The notes below the pieces were generated by a model, which was not told the origin of the DNA, made no database searches, and saw nothing but the letters and a program-made list of their open reading frames with translations. 64,000 nt of DNA, from positions 1 to 64,000 of the forward strand of contig NIVC01002642.1 in assembly GCA_002269645.1 (NCBI GenBank), written 5' to 3'. Source of the DNA: Macrostomum lignano. Its lineage: Eukaryota. The position numbers and the translations under genes are program-made. Positions 47,767 through 60,700 of the stretch are shown piece by piece. Numbering within the stretch: the first letter of the stretch is position 1; each line of letters opens with the position of its first letter.

Positions 47767-50717
47767 ATGGATCAGTCCCAGCAGCCCAAGCGCCGCTTCT
47801 GGAGCAACCAGCTGGATTATATTAAGCGAGAGGCCCTGCCGGCACTGATGAAACTGCCGAACGCTTGGCCATTCAAGACCCCTGTTGACCCGTGCGCCTG
47901 TGCATACCCGACTACCCAAACATAGTGCTGAAGCCGATGGATCTCAACACGGTGAAAAACCGACTCAACAGCGGCAAAGTGTACCAGAGCGGCCAGGAGT
48001 GCATTGACGATATCAATAATATCTTTTTAAATTGTTTCGTATTCAACAAGCCCGGCGAGGACGTTGTGTTCATGGCCGAAGAAGTCGAGGCCGTCTTCCG
48101 GGAGAAGATGCGCAATTACCCCACTGTGGAGAAGGAGATCGGCTCCGGCAAGCAGCCTGCCGCCGCGCCTCCCACAGCGCCTGCGGCTATTAAAAAGTCG
48201 CCTCAACCGCCGGTTGCGCCTGCGGCACCAGCGCTGGCTAAGCGACGCGACGACAGCGCGTCAGCGACGACGACGACTCCGGCGACAACCAAGGCCTCAG
48301 CGACGCCGCAACAGATGACGAAAAGTTCCACAGCTGCAGCGCCGACGCAACCAGCCAAGACGTCGGCAGCAAACGCGACGCCTGCGGTATCGGCGGCGAC
48401 GAAAACTACGCCTGTGCCGAGCCAAGCGCAGCGGCGGGCAGTGAAGCGGCCGCCGGTGAAACGGGAGCCAGCGACGCAATCGGCTGTAGTCGCCGACCAG
48501 CCGGCAGCGTCGGCGCCAGCAGCCGGCAAGTCGTCCGACAGTCTGAAAGACTGCGCCAGCCTGCTGAAAGACGTGACCTCGGCCAAGCACAAGTCCATTA
48601 ACTGGCCTTTTCTAGAGCCCGTCGACGTGACGGCGTTAGGCCTGACCGACTACTACGATGTTATCAGCCAGCCGATGGACCTGAGCACCATCCGCAAGAA
48701 GCTGGAGGCCGGCCAGTACGCCGATCGGGACCAATTCGCGTCGGACTTCCGGCTCATGCTCAACAACTGTTTCCGGTACAATCCGCAGAATTCCGATGTC
48801 TATAAAGTCGGCAAAGAACTGTTGAAATACTTCAACGAACAGTTCGCACGTCTGTGCGCCGCTGCCCAGCCAGCCCGCGGTGATGCCACCGTCAACAGCG
48901 GCAGCGGTCGATCGGCGGCCGCGGCGCCTGCGCCAGCCGTTACCGCCAACAGTCACGGCGCTTCGTCGGCCGCAGGTGGCCGTGGCGGTGGCGCGACAAG
49001 CGACGCAGCTGGGGCAGCGGCGTCAACAGCGGCTCAGCCAGCCGATGTTGCTCGAGTTCGCGAGCTATCGATTCGAATCGAGGAGCTGTACTCTCAGGTG
49101 GGCTTTCTATTGCAAATTTGCATGCTTAATATTCAAGGCTAAAGTACATTGTTAAAGTGCATGCAATGTGCATGCTAATCTAACTATTATTACAGATGAC
49201 ATCCTGCGTGGAAGAAATCAGGGCCCTGTTGGCCTCTCGTCAGCTGCCGAGCGCCACGCTCGCCGCAACCCCTGGTCCGTCTGGCCGCAAGCAGTCGCAG
49301 TCGCAGCAGCAGCAGTCCCAGTCGCAGCGACGAACCACCGCAGGTGCCAGCCGAGCGTCAAAGACGCCCGCGACGTCGACTCCAGCACTGCCGGCAGCCG
49401 CAGCAACCGCCACCGTCTCGGACCGACGTGCCGCCGCTCAGGCAGCTCCGCAACAGGCGGCGTCAGCGGCGCCTGCAGCGACGCCAGCTGGAAGAAAAGC
49501 GGCGGCAACGCCGGCCTCTGGCAAGCGGGGTGCCGGCGCCGCCGCTGCTGGCTCCCTGGGCAAGGGCGGCGCAGCGCCGGCACGCCGCGGCCGCAAGCAG
49601 CAGTCGGCACCAGCGCAGGCAGCCGCCGCCGGCTGGGCCTCGGACGAAGACGTCGGCTCTGCCAAGCCGATGACCTACGAAGAGAAGCGACAGCTGTCTC
49701 TGGACATTAAAAACCTGCCCGGGGACCGACTGGGCCGGGTTGTTCAAATCATCCAGATGCGCGAGCCCACCCTGCGCGACTCGAATCCGGACGAGATTGA
49801 AATCGACTTCGAGACTCTGCAGCACGCCACCCTGCGCGAGCTGGAGAAATACGTCCGCTCCGTGCTGCACTCCAAGCCGGCACCGGCGCCCGTCCCGGCG
49901 GCGTCCTCGGCGAAGCCGGCGGCGGCTGCCACGACCGCGGCAAAACGACGAGCTCCGGCCGCTGCGCACGGTGCCGGAGCGGAGAAGCGAGCTAGAAAAG
50001 GTCAGCGTGCTTGAAAATTAAGGGCAATGCACGGGCGGCCTCCCTGTGTGTTTTGTAGGATCTTCAGCGTAGTTAAGCACTTTAGGGTGGAGCCACAGAT
50101 ACTAGAATGACTAGATGGGCCACTCAGCAAATTTGCGTGTAAGCTACTTTCAGCTCAGTAGCAAGTTAAAGGGAAGCAATTAATGTATTTTAAAGCCAAG
50201 GCTCATTTATTGGCTCTTACCCCCCCCCCAGCTTAAACCCTCTAGCCGCGCCTTTCCACACTACCCCACTTCCCGCCCCGCCCCAATTTTCACTGCCTTC
50301 CTCGGAATTCCAGCCTAAAGCTGCCATGTACATTTCAGTGGACTGGCTTTATTTTTATAAAATAGCTTATGTAGTCTTCTTTGCTACTGAACTGAAAGTA
50401 GAAAGCTGTGTTACTAAGTGATTATGCCTGAGTGGCCCATCTAGCCATTTTAGTATCTGTGGGGTGAAGTGATTAACACGCTAAGGACGGGAGATGTCTT
50501 TCTTTCTTCAACGACTCATTTAGGAGAAAATTGCCAGTTTTTCAGCAGAATAATATACAACACTAGCGGTTTCACCCCTCCCTCCGCCGACTCTGCAGGC
50601 GCCGCGCCGCCTCCGCCGCCAGCCGCAGGCCCCGACTCCAGCAGCTCAGGTAGCGACGACAGCTCGTCGGACTCGTCAGATTCGGATTCGTCCGACTCAG
50701 ACTCGGACTCGGCTTGA
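47767..50717 (+). CDS. BET-family bromodomain protein (BRD2/3/4, fs(1)h-like); exons 47767-49097, 49196-50000, 50599-50717; 1-bp frameshift at ~47890
   Basis: BD1 (NQLDYI...[10 protein letters not shown](V)RLCIPDY...[10 protein letters not shown]), BD2 (NWPFLEPVD...[12 protein letters not shown]...CFRYNP), ET domain ([28 protein letters not shown]...EIEIDFETL) and a Ser/Asp-rich SEED tail. Splice phases are consistent; upstream exons are possible. Confidence 0.92.
50093..50462. mobile_element. Unclassified MITE (370 bp) in BET intron 2
   Basis: 35-bp TIR CCACAGATACTAGAATGACTAGATGGGCCACTCAG with 2 mismatches, plus a second inner inverted block CTACTTTCAGCTCAGTAGCAA. Flanks GGTGGAG / GGTGAAG may be a decayed TSD. 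Confidence 0.78.
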
Positions 50718-51337
50718 GCTGTGAGCTAATTAACTGTGTTAGCCCGGCCTGATTCTCTGTATATGCGACTCTAAAATGCTTATATTATCGCTAATCAGTA
50801 GTATATATAGAACAAAAACATACTCCAATTTTTCGCGTCCTTAATTAGACACTCAAAAGCCTCCCTCCCTTGACAGTTGGACTTGGCACTTGGTAGGGAA
50901 ATTTCTATTGAGAGCCAGGTACAATATATTCAATTTCGTGCTTTGAACTTGCGCAATTAAAAATATCTGCCACGGTCTCTTCTCACCCTTGTGTTTTGTT
51001 AGCCTTTTTTTCTATCTCCTTTTTTACCTATCCATCTTCTATTCGTGTTCTTATATTTATTAATTATAGTCGCAATAAGCAACTCATCCTTGTGCTGCTA
51101 TTTTTATCTGATATAGGCCTCGATTCTATGGCATTAAACTGTAAATATGTATTGTTTTGTTTGCTTTATAATGCTTGTTATTACAATTATGTAGCATATT
51201 ATAATATACATGCGTGTATGCGTGCAGTGTGAGGCAGCGCTGCTTATGATTTCTCCTTTCTTTGTGTAAGTTTTCGTTAAATTTATGATGCGAGTCAAGT
51301 CCCTCATCAAATTAACACGATTCTGCGTTATAAATAC

Positions 51338-51673
51338 AATCCAACAAGCTTAGATAATCCCTATCAGAGTGCTCAACAACTCCAATCCCACAAGCTTAGA
51401 TAATCCCTATCAGAGTGCTCAACAACTTAAATCCCACAAGCTTAGATAATCCCCATCGGAGTGCTCAACAACTCAAATCCCACAAGCTTAGATAATCCCT
51501 ATCGGAGTGCTCAACAACTCAAATCCCACAAGCTTAGATAATCCCCATCAGAGTGCTCAACAACTCCAATCCCACAAGCTTAGATAATCCCTATCAGAGT
51601 GCTCAACAACTCCAATCCCCCAAGCTTAGATAATCCCCATCGGAGTGCTCAAGAACTCAAATCCCCAAGCTTA
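51338..51673. repeat. 46-bp minisatellite, ~7 copies
   Basis: CAAGCTTAGATAATCCCTATCAGAGTGCTCAACAACTCCAATCCCA repeated. Confidence 0.93.
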
Positions 51674-53036
51674 TAGATCCTTTTGCTGCCCAAACCACAG
51701 CCAGTCATCTGTTAATTGTATTAATCGTTATAGCTTATCGTTGAACACAGGCATTTTAGCGCAATATGTTGCAGCGAGTTACGGTTGATGTTATTATTCG
51801 AATCATATACATGTAATTATTCTGTTATTGCTTTTGTTTGACGCGTATTGGACCCCCAGATTAAAATCTGGCTCCGGCTTCAGTGTGCCTGGCTGCCAGA
51901 CGCTCCATTTCTATGTGGATTTTTATGTATAATATTTATCCGTTATTAATATGGCGGCTTAGCATATCATTATTAATATTGAGGCGGCCGCAGATGAAGC
52001 CGCCTCTGCCGATCAGATTCTGGTCATTACAGCTTTTCAATTTCATACAAAAAACTCTGTTAGACATTGCCCTGTCATCTTTTTATATTCTCTATGCCAC
52101 ACACTCTCATGTGACTACTCACTATGCAGCTGTTCGAGTAGTCAGTATAGCTTTTTAAAAAAATTAATTGCGATTGCAGCAACCAATTTTTGTGTGTCAT
52201 GTCCCTCTCTTCATTATTTTACAGCTTGTGCAGCCGTCGGGCCCTTCGTTACCCAGTGCACTTTTTAGCTGATGCCAGTCTTGTATGGGGGTGTCGTTCT
52301 GTACTTGGTTTTTCTCTTAAATTCTATATATATTAAACTATAAATAGTGACACGTTACCGCATAATTTAATTTAATTGTTATCTTAGCAGCGCACAGGAA
52401 CGCAGCAAATTAGTTTGTCTTATTAAAGTTCATCTTCAGCTCGATGTTTTATTATTTAACAGATAATGATGGATACTGCAGTTTATGCCAACTTGAGACA
52501 TTATAGACTCAAGATTGCTTGATGTAGTTGAGCCCCAGAGACTGTTCATAGGGTCAGCAACTGTCCATTGTGGTCGTGACTTAGCACTAAATTGGTCATA
52601 TTTAGCGAGTAATATCCTTCAGTAAGTAATTTGGGAACTCTACAGTGCTCATAAATATGCATTTTCACGTACATGCACTTGAGGAATTAAAGTGCAATAC
52701 TGTTCTTTTTTATATGCCTCTATACGCTCGTACTGGCTTTTTATTGAAGCAGCAGTATGCTCTATATAACTAATTGATAATCAAAAGTCTCAGCTTCAAC
52801 TCCCTGGAGAATACTGTACTGCTGCTTTGTAAGTCATGCGAGCATTAACGCCGTGATGCTGGCATGAGGCTGAGAGAAAACGGGCCGATTCAGTAAGCCA
52901 GGTACAGAGAGGCAGGCCAGGTGCATGATCGATCAGGAGAATTTTAAAGGACGGTATAGAATTAGAAACAAGGGAAGGACGCGCACGGACACCGGCAACT
53001 AAAGATGGTTTCATGTCCGACAAACTTAGCAATGGT

Positions 53037-56000
53037 CTTCATATCACCGACACTTCATCTCTCCGATTCTTCATATCACCGACACTTCATCTCTCCGATT
53101 CTTCATATCACCGATACTTCATCTCTCCGATTCTTCATATCACCGACACTTCATCTCTCCGATTCTTCATATCACCGACACTTCATCTCTCCGATTCTTC
53201 ATATCACCGACACTTCATCTCTCCGATTCTTCATATCACCGACACTTCATCTCTCCGATTCTTCATATCACCGACACTTCATCTCTCCGATTCTTCATAT
53301 CACCGACACTTCATCTCTCCGATTCTTCATATCACCGACACTTCATCTCTCCGATTCTTCATATCACCGACACTTCATCTCTCCGATTCTTCATATCACC
53401 GACACTTCATCTCCGATTCTTCATATCACCGACACTTCATCTCTCCGATTCTTCATATCACCGACGCTTCATCTCTCCGATTCTTCATATCACCGACACT
53501 TCATCTCTCCGATTCTTCATATCACCGACACTTCATCTCTCCGATTCTTCATATCACCGACACTTCATCTCTCCGATTCTTCATATCACCGACACTTCAT
53601 CTCTCCGATTCTTCATATCACCGACACTTCATCTCTCCGATTCTTCATATCACCGACACTTCATCTCTCCGATTCTTCATATCACCGACACTTCATCTCT
53701 CCGATTCTTCATATCACCGACACTTCATCTCTCCGATTCTTCATATCACCGACACTTCATCTCCGATTCTTCATATCACCGATTCTTCATCTCTCCGATT
53801 CTTCATATCACCGACACTTCATCTCTCCGATTCTTCATATCACCGACACTTCATCTCTCCGATTCTTCATATCACCGACACTTCATCTCTCCGATTCTTC
53901 ATATCACCGACACTTCATCTCTCCGATTCTTCATATCACCGACACTTCATCTCTCCGATTCTTCATATCACCGACACTTCATCTCTCCGATTCTTCATAT
54001 CACCGACACTTCATCTCTCCGATTCTTCATATCACCGATACTTCATCTCTCCGATTCTTCATATCACCGACACTTCATCTCTCCGATTCTTCATATCACC
54101 GACACTTCATCTCTCCGATTCTTCATATCACCGACACTTCATCTCTCCGATTCTTCATATCACCGACACTTCATCTCTCCGATTCTTCATATCACCGACA
54201 CTTCATCTCTCCGATTCTTCATATCACCGACGCTTCATCTCTCCGATTCTTCATATCACCGACACTTCATCTCCGATTCTTCATATCACCGACACTTCAT
54301 CTCCGATTCTTCATATCACCGACACTTCATCTCTCCGATTCTTCATATCACCGACACTTCATCTCCGATTCTTCATATCACCGATACTTCATCTCTCCGA
54401 TTCTTCATATCACCGATACTTCATCTCTCCGATTCTTCATATCACCGATACTTCATCTCTCCGATTCTTCATATCACCGACACTTCATCTCTCCGATTCT
54501 TCATATCACCGACACTTCATCTCTCCGATTCTTCATATCACCGACACTTCATCTCTCCGATTCTTCATATCACCGACACTTCATCTCTCCGATTCTTCAT
54601 ATCACCGACGCTTCATCTCTCCGATTCTTCATATCACCGACACTTCATCTCCGATTCTTCATATCACCGACACTTCATCTCTCCGATTCTTCATATCACC
54701 GACACTTCATCTCTCCGATTTTTCATATCACCGACGCTTCATCTCTCCGATTCTTCATATCACCGACACTTAATCTCTCCGATTCTTCATATCACCGACG
54801 CTTCATCTCTCCGATTCTTCATATCACCGACACTTCATCTCTCCGATTCTTCATATCACCGACGCTTCATCTCTCCGATTCTTCATATCACCGACACTTC
54901 ATCTCTCCGATTCTTCATATCACCGACGCTTCATCTCTCCGATTCTTCATATCACCGACACTTCATCTCCGATTCTTCATATCACCGACACTTCATCTCC
55001 GATTCTTCATATCACCGACACTTCATCTCTCCGATTCTTCATATCACCGACACTTCATCTCTCCGATTCTTCATATCACCGACACTTCATCTCTCCGATT
55101 CTTCATATCACCGACACTTCATCTCTCCGATTTTTCATATCACCGACGCTTCATCTCCGATTCTTCATATCACCGACGCTTCATCTCTCCGATTCTTCAT
55201 ATCACCGACACTTCATCTCCGATTCTTCATATCACCGACACTTCATCTCTCCGATTCTTCATATCACCGACGCTTCATCTCTCCGATTTTTCATATCACC
55301 GACGCTTCATCTCCGATTCTTCATATCACCGACGCTTCATCTCCGATTCTTCATATCACCGACACTTCATCTCTCCGATTCTTCATATCACCGACGCTTC
55401 ATCTCCGATTCTTCATATCACCGACACTTCATCTCTCCGATTCTTCATATCACCGACACTTCATCTCTCCGATTCTTCATATCACCGACACTTCATCTCT
55501 CCGATTCTTCATATCACCGACACTTCATCTCCGATTCTTCATATCACCGACACTTCATCTCCGATTCTTCATATCACCGACGCTTCATCTCCGATTCTTC
55601 ATATCACCGACGCTTCATCTCTGATTTTTCATATCACCGACGCTTCATCTCCGATTCTTCATATCACCGACGCTTCATCTCTCCGATTCTTCATATCACC
55701 GACACTTCATCTCCGATTCTTCATATCACCGACACTTCATCTCTCCGATTCTTCATATCACCGACACTTCATCTCTCCGATTTTTCATATCACCGACGCT
55801 TCATCTCCGATTCTTCATATCACCGACGCTTCATCTCCGATTCTTCATATCACCGACACTTCATCTCTCCGATTCTTCATATCACCGACGCTTCATCTCC
55901 GATTCTTCATATCACCGACACTTCATCTCTCCGATTCTTCATATCACCGACACTTCATCTCTCCGATTCTTCATATCACCGACACTTCATCTCTCCGATT

Positions 56001-56357
56001 CTTCATATCACCGACGCTTCATCTCTCCGATTCTTCATATCACCGACACTTCATCTCTCCGATTCTTCATATCACCGACACTTCATCTCCGATTCTTCAT
56101 ATCACCGACACTTCATCTCTCCGATTCTTCATATCACCGACACTTCATCTCTCCGATTCTTCATATCACCGACACTTCATCTCTCCGATTCTTCATATCA
56201 CCGACACTTCATCTCTCCAATTCTTCATATCACTGACACTTCATATCTCCGGCCGATTCTTCATATCTCCAGCCGATTCTTCATATCTCCTGCACTTCAT
56301 ATCTCCGACTCTTCATATCTCGACTCTGACTCTTCATATCCAAAAGTTCATATCTCC
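53037..56357. repeat. 32-bp minisatellite (TCATATCACCGACACTTCATCTCTCCGATTCT)n, a dimer of 16-bp subunits, ~100 copies
   Basis: Directly visible, with 30-bp deletion variants. It decays into 16-bp monomers at the right end. Confidence 0.96.
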
Positions 56358-57041
56358 AGAAAATATGAAGTGTCGGTGATATGAAGTGTCGGAAATATGA
56401 AAGCACCCTAACTAAGCACCCCTACATGTATGCAATATGCACTTGTTTAGTATTTAGCTTTGTTTAACAGTGGCCGAATCTGTGAAAGCTGGTTGGATAC
56501 AATCTCCAGAGTCTAATCTCAGAGCTTCATGCCTGAATTCAGCTTCATTGCCTGTACGAGCCTGTAGCGGAATTACTGTAGCTTTCAATCTAGACGAGTA
56601 ACGTTTTTCGATTTCGAGAAATCCGAACTGTCACTGCTGAGGGATTACTGCTCACTCGGCGTTGCTGGGGCCACACAGCAGTTCAAATGCGGGTACGCCA
56701 TAACGCAAGCAGAAGATGGACGAGAAGAGAGGCGTTCTTATCGATCCTCTCAGCCAAGCAAACTACAAGCGAACTTCCCCTGTCGATGTGCACGGGATGC
56801 TCGCGCCTCTCCAATCCAGGGATCAAGGGAGACGTGGAAGTGACACTCCCGCAAAAATTACTCCCCCCTCCCGAAGCGGAGCAGCCCAGGTCGATTCATA
56901 AAAACGCAGCTTGGGGAGATATCGGCGGAGACACAGAACACAACAGCAGCCAATTCTGTTAGATTGATGCCTTATCTAAACTGAAACTAGCCCATCTTCC
57001 ACAATTGACATGAATTCGATGAAAACTGGAGTTGGCTGTGT

Positions 57042-57193
57042 ACCTTCCCAGATCTTAATGCTGAGCCAGCCACCTTCCCAGATCCTCATGCTGAGCCAGC
57101 CACCTTCCCAGATCTTCATGCTGAGCCAGGCACCTTCCCAGATCTTAATGCTGAGCCAGCCACCTTCCCAGATCCTCATGTTGAGCCAGCCAC
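57042..57193. repeat. 30-bp minisatellite, left part (split by the LTR element; right part 62755-62805)
   Basis: AGCCAGCCACCTTCCCAGATCCTCATGCTG x5; the same unit resumes after the right LTR. Confidence 0.9.
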
Positions 57194-57783
57194 TGTAGAG
57201 AGCGAAGCCGCGAGAGAGAAAGTTATGTGTTGTGTGCAGCCGAAAAAGCCTCAATCCATTGTAGGCTCTGTGCGATCGATTTATATATTTAGCAGCGACC
57301 CTGCAGTTGAGACTGCGTACACTAAAAACAGAAAGCCAAGAATATTGGATGTACATCGGAAATGCACACCAGGACTAAAATCACTTATTATGCAAGCACT
57401 GGGCACCAGGCGCCTACAATTCTCCCCAACCAGAGAGATCCCAGGTCATAAGAAAACCGAGTTCAATTACTCAGCTACCAGCCCAAACCCCAAAGCAATC
57501 AAAGCGGCCCGCCCACGCACAAGAGCCCTAGGATCACAATTTGCATTAGAGTAAGTTTGAAATAGACAATCGGGCGTTGAATGTCAATAATCCATAGAAA
57601 TAAAGACTTTCCGTGACAATATTTGCGTTCTCCGGGATTTTATTTGGTAATATTCAATAATATCCCGTAAAGTCTTTATGTCTATAGTTTATACGAGATT
57701 ACACTAATGTTACTTAGATTATTGCTAATTTGCATTAAAGTAAGTGTGACTCCTGCAAGCGGGCTTAAAGGTATTCTATGGCA

Positions 57784-60700
57784 TTAAAAGGCAAGAATAA
57801 GTGCCCAGCGCGCACAAAGGTCATGGTACAATTTGTAGCTGAGCAATCTGTTACGGGCAGCTCTTGGATGTTCTCGCGTGGCGATGCTACCGCTGGGTAG
57901 ACCGGCGGGCTGACCGGCAGGTTGGCCGGCAGGCTCTCCGGCAGATTGGCCGGCAGGCTCTCCGGCAGGTTGGTCGGCAGGCTCTCCGGCAGATTGGCCG
58001 GCAGGCTCTCCGGCAGATTGGCCGGCAGGCTCTTCGGCAGGTTGGTCGGCAGGCTCTCCGGCAGATTGGCCGGCAGGCTCTCCGGCAGATTGGCCGGCAG
58101 GCTCTCCGGCAGACTGGCCGGCAGGCTCTCCGGCAGATTGGCCGGCAGGCTCCCCGGCAGGTTGGCCGGCAGGCTCTCCGGCAGATTGGCCGGCAGGCTC
58201 TCCGGCAGATTGGCCGGCAGGCTCTCCGGCAGGCTGGCCGGCAGGCTCTCCGGCAGATTGGCCGGCAGGCTCTCCGGCAGGTTGGTCGGCAGGCTCTCCG
58301 GCAGATTGGCCGGCAGGCTCTCCGGCAGATTGGCCGGCAGGCTCTTCGGCAGGTTGGTCGGCAGGCTCTCCGGCAGATTGGCCGGCAGGCTCTCCGGCAG
58401 ATTGGCCGGCAGGCTCTCCGGCAGACTGGCCGGCAGGCTCTCCGGCAGATTGGCCGGCAGGCTCCCCGGCAGGTTGGCCGGCAGGCTCTCCGGCAGATTG
58501 GCCGGCAGGCTCTCCGGCAGATTGGCCGGCAGGCTCTCCGGCAGGCTGGCCGGCAGGCTCTCCGGCAGGCTGGCCGGCAGGCTCTCCGGCAGGCTGGCCG
58601 GCAGGCTCTCCGGCAGGCTGGCCGGCAGGCTCTCCGGCAGGCTGGCCGGCAGGCTCTCCGGCAGGCTGGCCGGCAGGCTCTCCGGCAGGCTGGCCGGCAG
58701 GCTCTCCGGCAGGCTGGCCGGCAGGCTCTCCGACCAGGGGCCGCAGCTGTGAGACGTGGCGCATGCAGGACTGTTCGCCGCGTTGCAGGACACACGTGTC
58801 TCCCTGGACCTGCTTGACTGTCCAAGGATTTGGATCGAACGGCAGCTGCAGTTTGTTACGTGGTTGCTGCTTTCGCAGAACTCTGTTGCCGTCTCTGACG
58901 CCGTGCTCCTTGACACCCTTGCGATCATCGAACCGCGCCTTGATGTCTTGGACATAGTTTCTGTGCCAGCTCTGCACCTCTTCATGGCTGACGTCGATGA
59001 GCTGTTATGGTTTGATGGTCGGGATGCCGTCGTTCATCGTCCTGCCCATGAGTGGCTCAGCGGGTGCGCGGCCAGTCGCTCGATGTAGTGTCGTGCGGAA
59101 CGCCAACAGCCAGTCCTCGATAGCCTCCCGCCAGTTACGACCTTCGGCCACTGCCGTCTGAATCACTTTCCCGATGCTGCGGTTGACTCGCTCCGTCGCT
59201 CCGTTGGATTCTGGGTGCAGCGGGCAGATGAGGCGGTGGTGAATGCCGTACGAGGCGAGGAAGCTGCGGAAAGCTGCCGAGCTGAATGGTGGGCCGTTGT
59301 CGGTGACCACCTCGATCGGGACGCCGTACCTACCGAACAGCCTCCGCAGGTGGGGGGTCACGCTCTCCGCCATCGTCGAGTTGAGGAAATTGACTTCTGG
59401 GTACTTGGAATACAAGTCGGTGGTGACCAGGAGCATCTGGCTCTGCACTGGGCCGTAGAAATCCATGCCTAGTAGCAGCCAGGCACCGTCCGAAATATCC
59501 GTCGGCCTCAATGGTGTCTGTCGCAATCCGGTGGCCGCAGCCTGGCACAGTGTGCAGCACTGGACGAAGAGCTCGCAGTCGCTGCGCATCCGAGGCCACC
59601 ACACCTTCGTCTGCAGGCGTTTAAGGGTGCGGTCGGCGCCCAGATGACCGGTGTGCGCCAGTTGAAGGATCGGCCTGCGCAGCGACTCGGGGATGACGAT
59701 GAGGTCACCGCGGAGTAATACTCCGTCGCTTTCCGACAGTTCGCCGCTGATGGACTTGAAGGAGCGCTGGGCTGCCGCTCGCATGTCCCAGCGGCCGGTT
59801 CGAATCGCGTTCAGCGCCGCCTGGACGTCCTTGTCGGTGCGCGATGCTTCCCGAACCTGGTCGAGACTGAAGCCCTTCGGCACGGGCCCGGTCGACACGG
59901 CGTTGATGAAGGCGGCGTCGAGCTCTTCACCTACATTTCGACGCCGCTCTGGCAGTGGCTGCCGACTCAGCAGGTCAGCCGGGTTGGTCGAGCCTGGCCG
60001 GTAGAGCAGGTTGAAGCGGAGATGCTGAATGCGCAGCGCCATTCGCTCGATCCGCGGTGGCGGACGGGAGCCAGGCTTGAAAAGCGGCACGAGCGGTCGG
60101 TGGTCCGTCACCACGGTGAAGTCTGGGTCACCAGCCAGATAGTGCTCAAACTTGAGACACCCAAATTTGATGGCCAGCGCCTTCCGCTCGATCTGCGGTC
60201 CGCTGCTCCACCGGCGAGAGGGCTCTGCTGGCGTAGGCGACGGGTCTGCTGTTGCCGTCTGGCTGCCGCTGCGTGAGGATGGCGCCGAGGCCGATCGGCG
60301 ATGCGTCCACCAGGAGTTCCGTGTGCAGCCTGCGGTCGAAAAAGGCCAACGTGTCCGCGTCTGATATTGCCTTCTTGATGCCGTTGAACGCTGCTAAGTG
60401 TTTTTCTGTCCACTCCCAGGCCTGGCCCTTCTTCGTCAGCTGCCGGAGTGGGGCAACGAGGTCAGCGAAGTTCGGGATGAACTTTGCCAGGAAGTTAGCG
60501 GTTCCCAGGAAAGAGCGGACGTCGTCGGCCACGTTGGAGGGCTCTCGTGGGAGTCCTGATTGAGGGTGATCCCGAACTCTCGGAGGCGCTGAAAGCAGGC
60601 GTCCAGCCTCTCATGGTGCTGCTTCAGGTCGGAGGCGTACACCACCACGTCGTCGTGCGCCCACCGGACGCCGTCGATGCCGCTGAGGATGCCAATCATG

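Noticed and set aside
51338-51673. 46-bp repeats as a CRISPR array
   Set aside because: Units are head-to-tail without variable spacers, in a eukaryotic context.
53005-56379. 1124-aa and 586-aa ORFs
   Set aside because: Pyrimidine-skewed 32-bp array lacking stop triplets; 30-bp variants shift the frame.
56687-56962. Short ORFs in a moderately GC-rich patch left of the LTR element
   Set aside because: No recognisable domain or splice context; cannot be supported without expression or homology data.
56976-57554. ORFs similar to 62225..62893, suggesting a duplicated small gene
   Set aside because: The similarity comes from the two LTRs and the split 30-bp minisatellite.
57864-58825. Arg/Cys-rich and GRQALRQ repeat ORFs (protamine- or keratin-associated-like)
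   Set aside because: Alternative frames of the 24-bp array. Only the GEPAGQ frame connects to integrase sequence.
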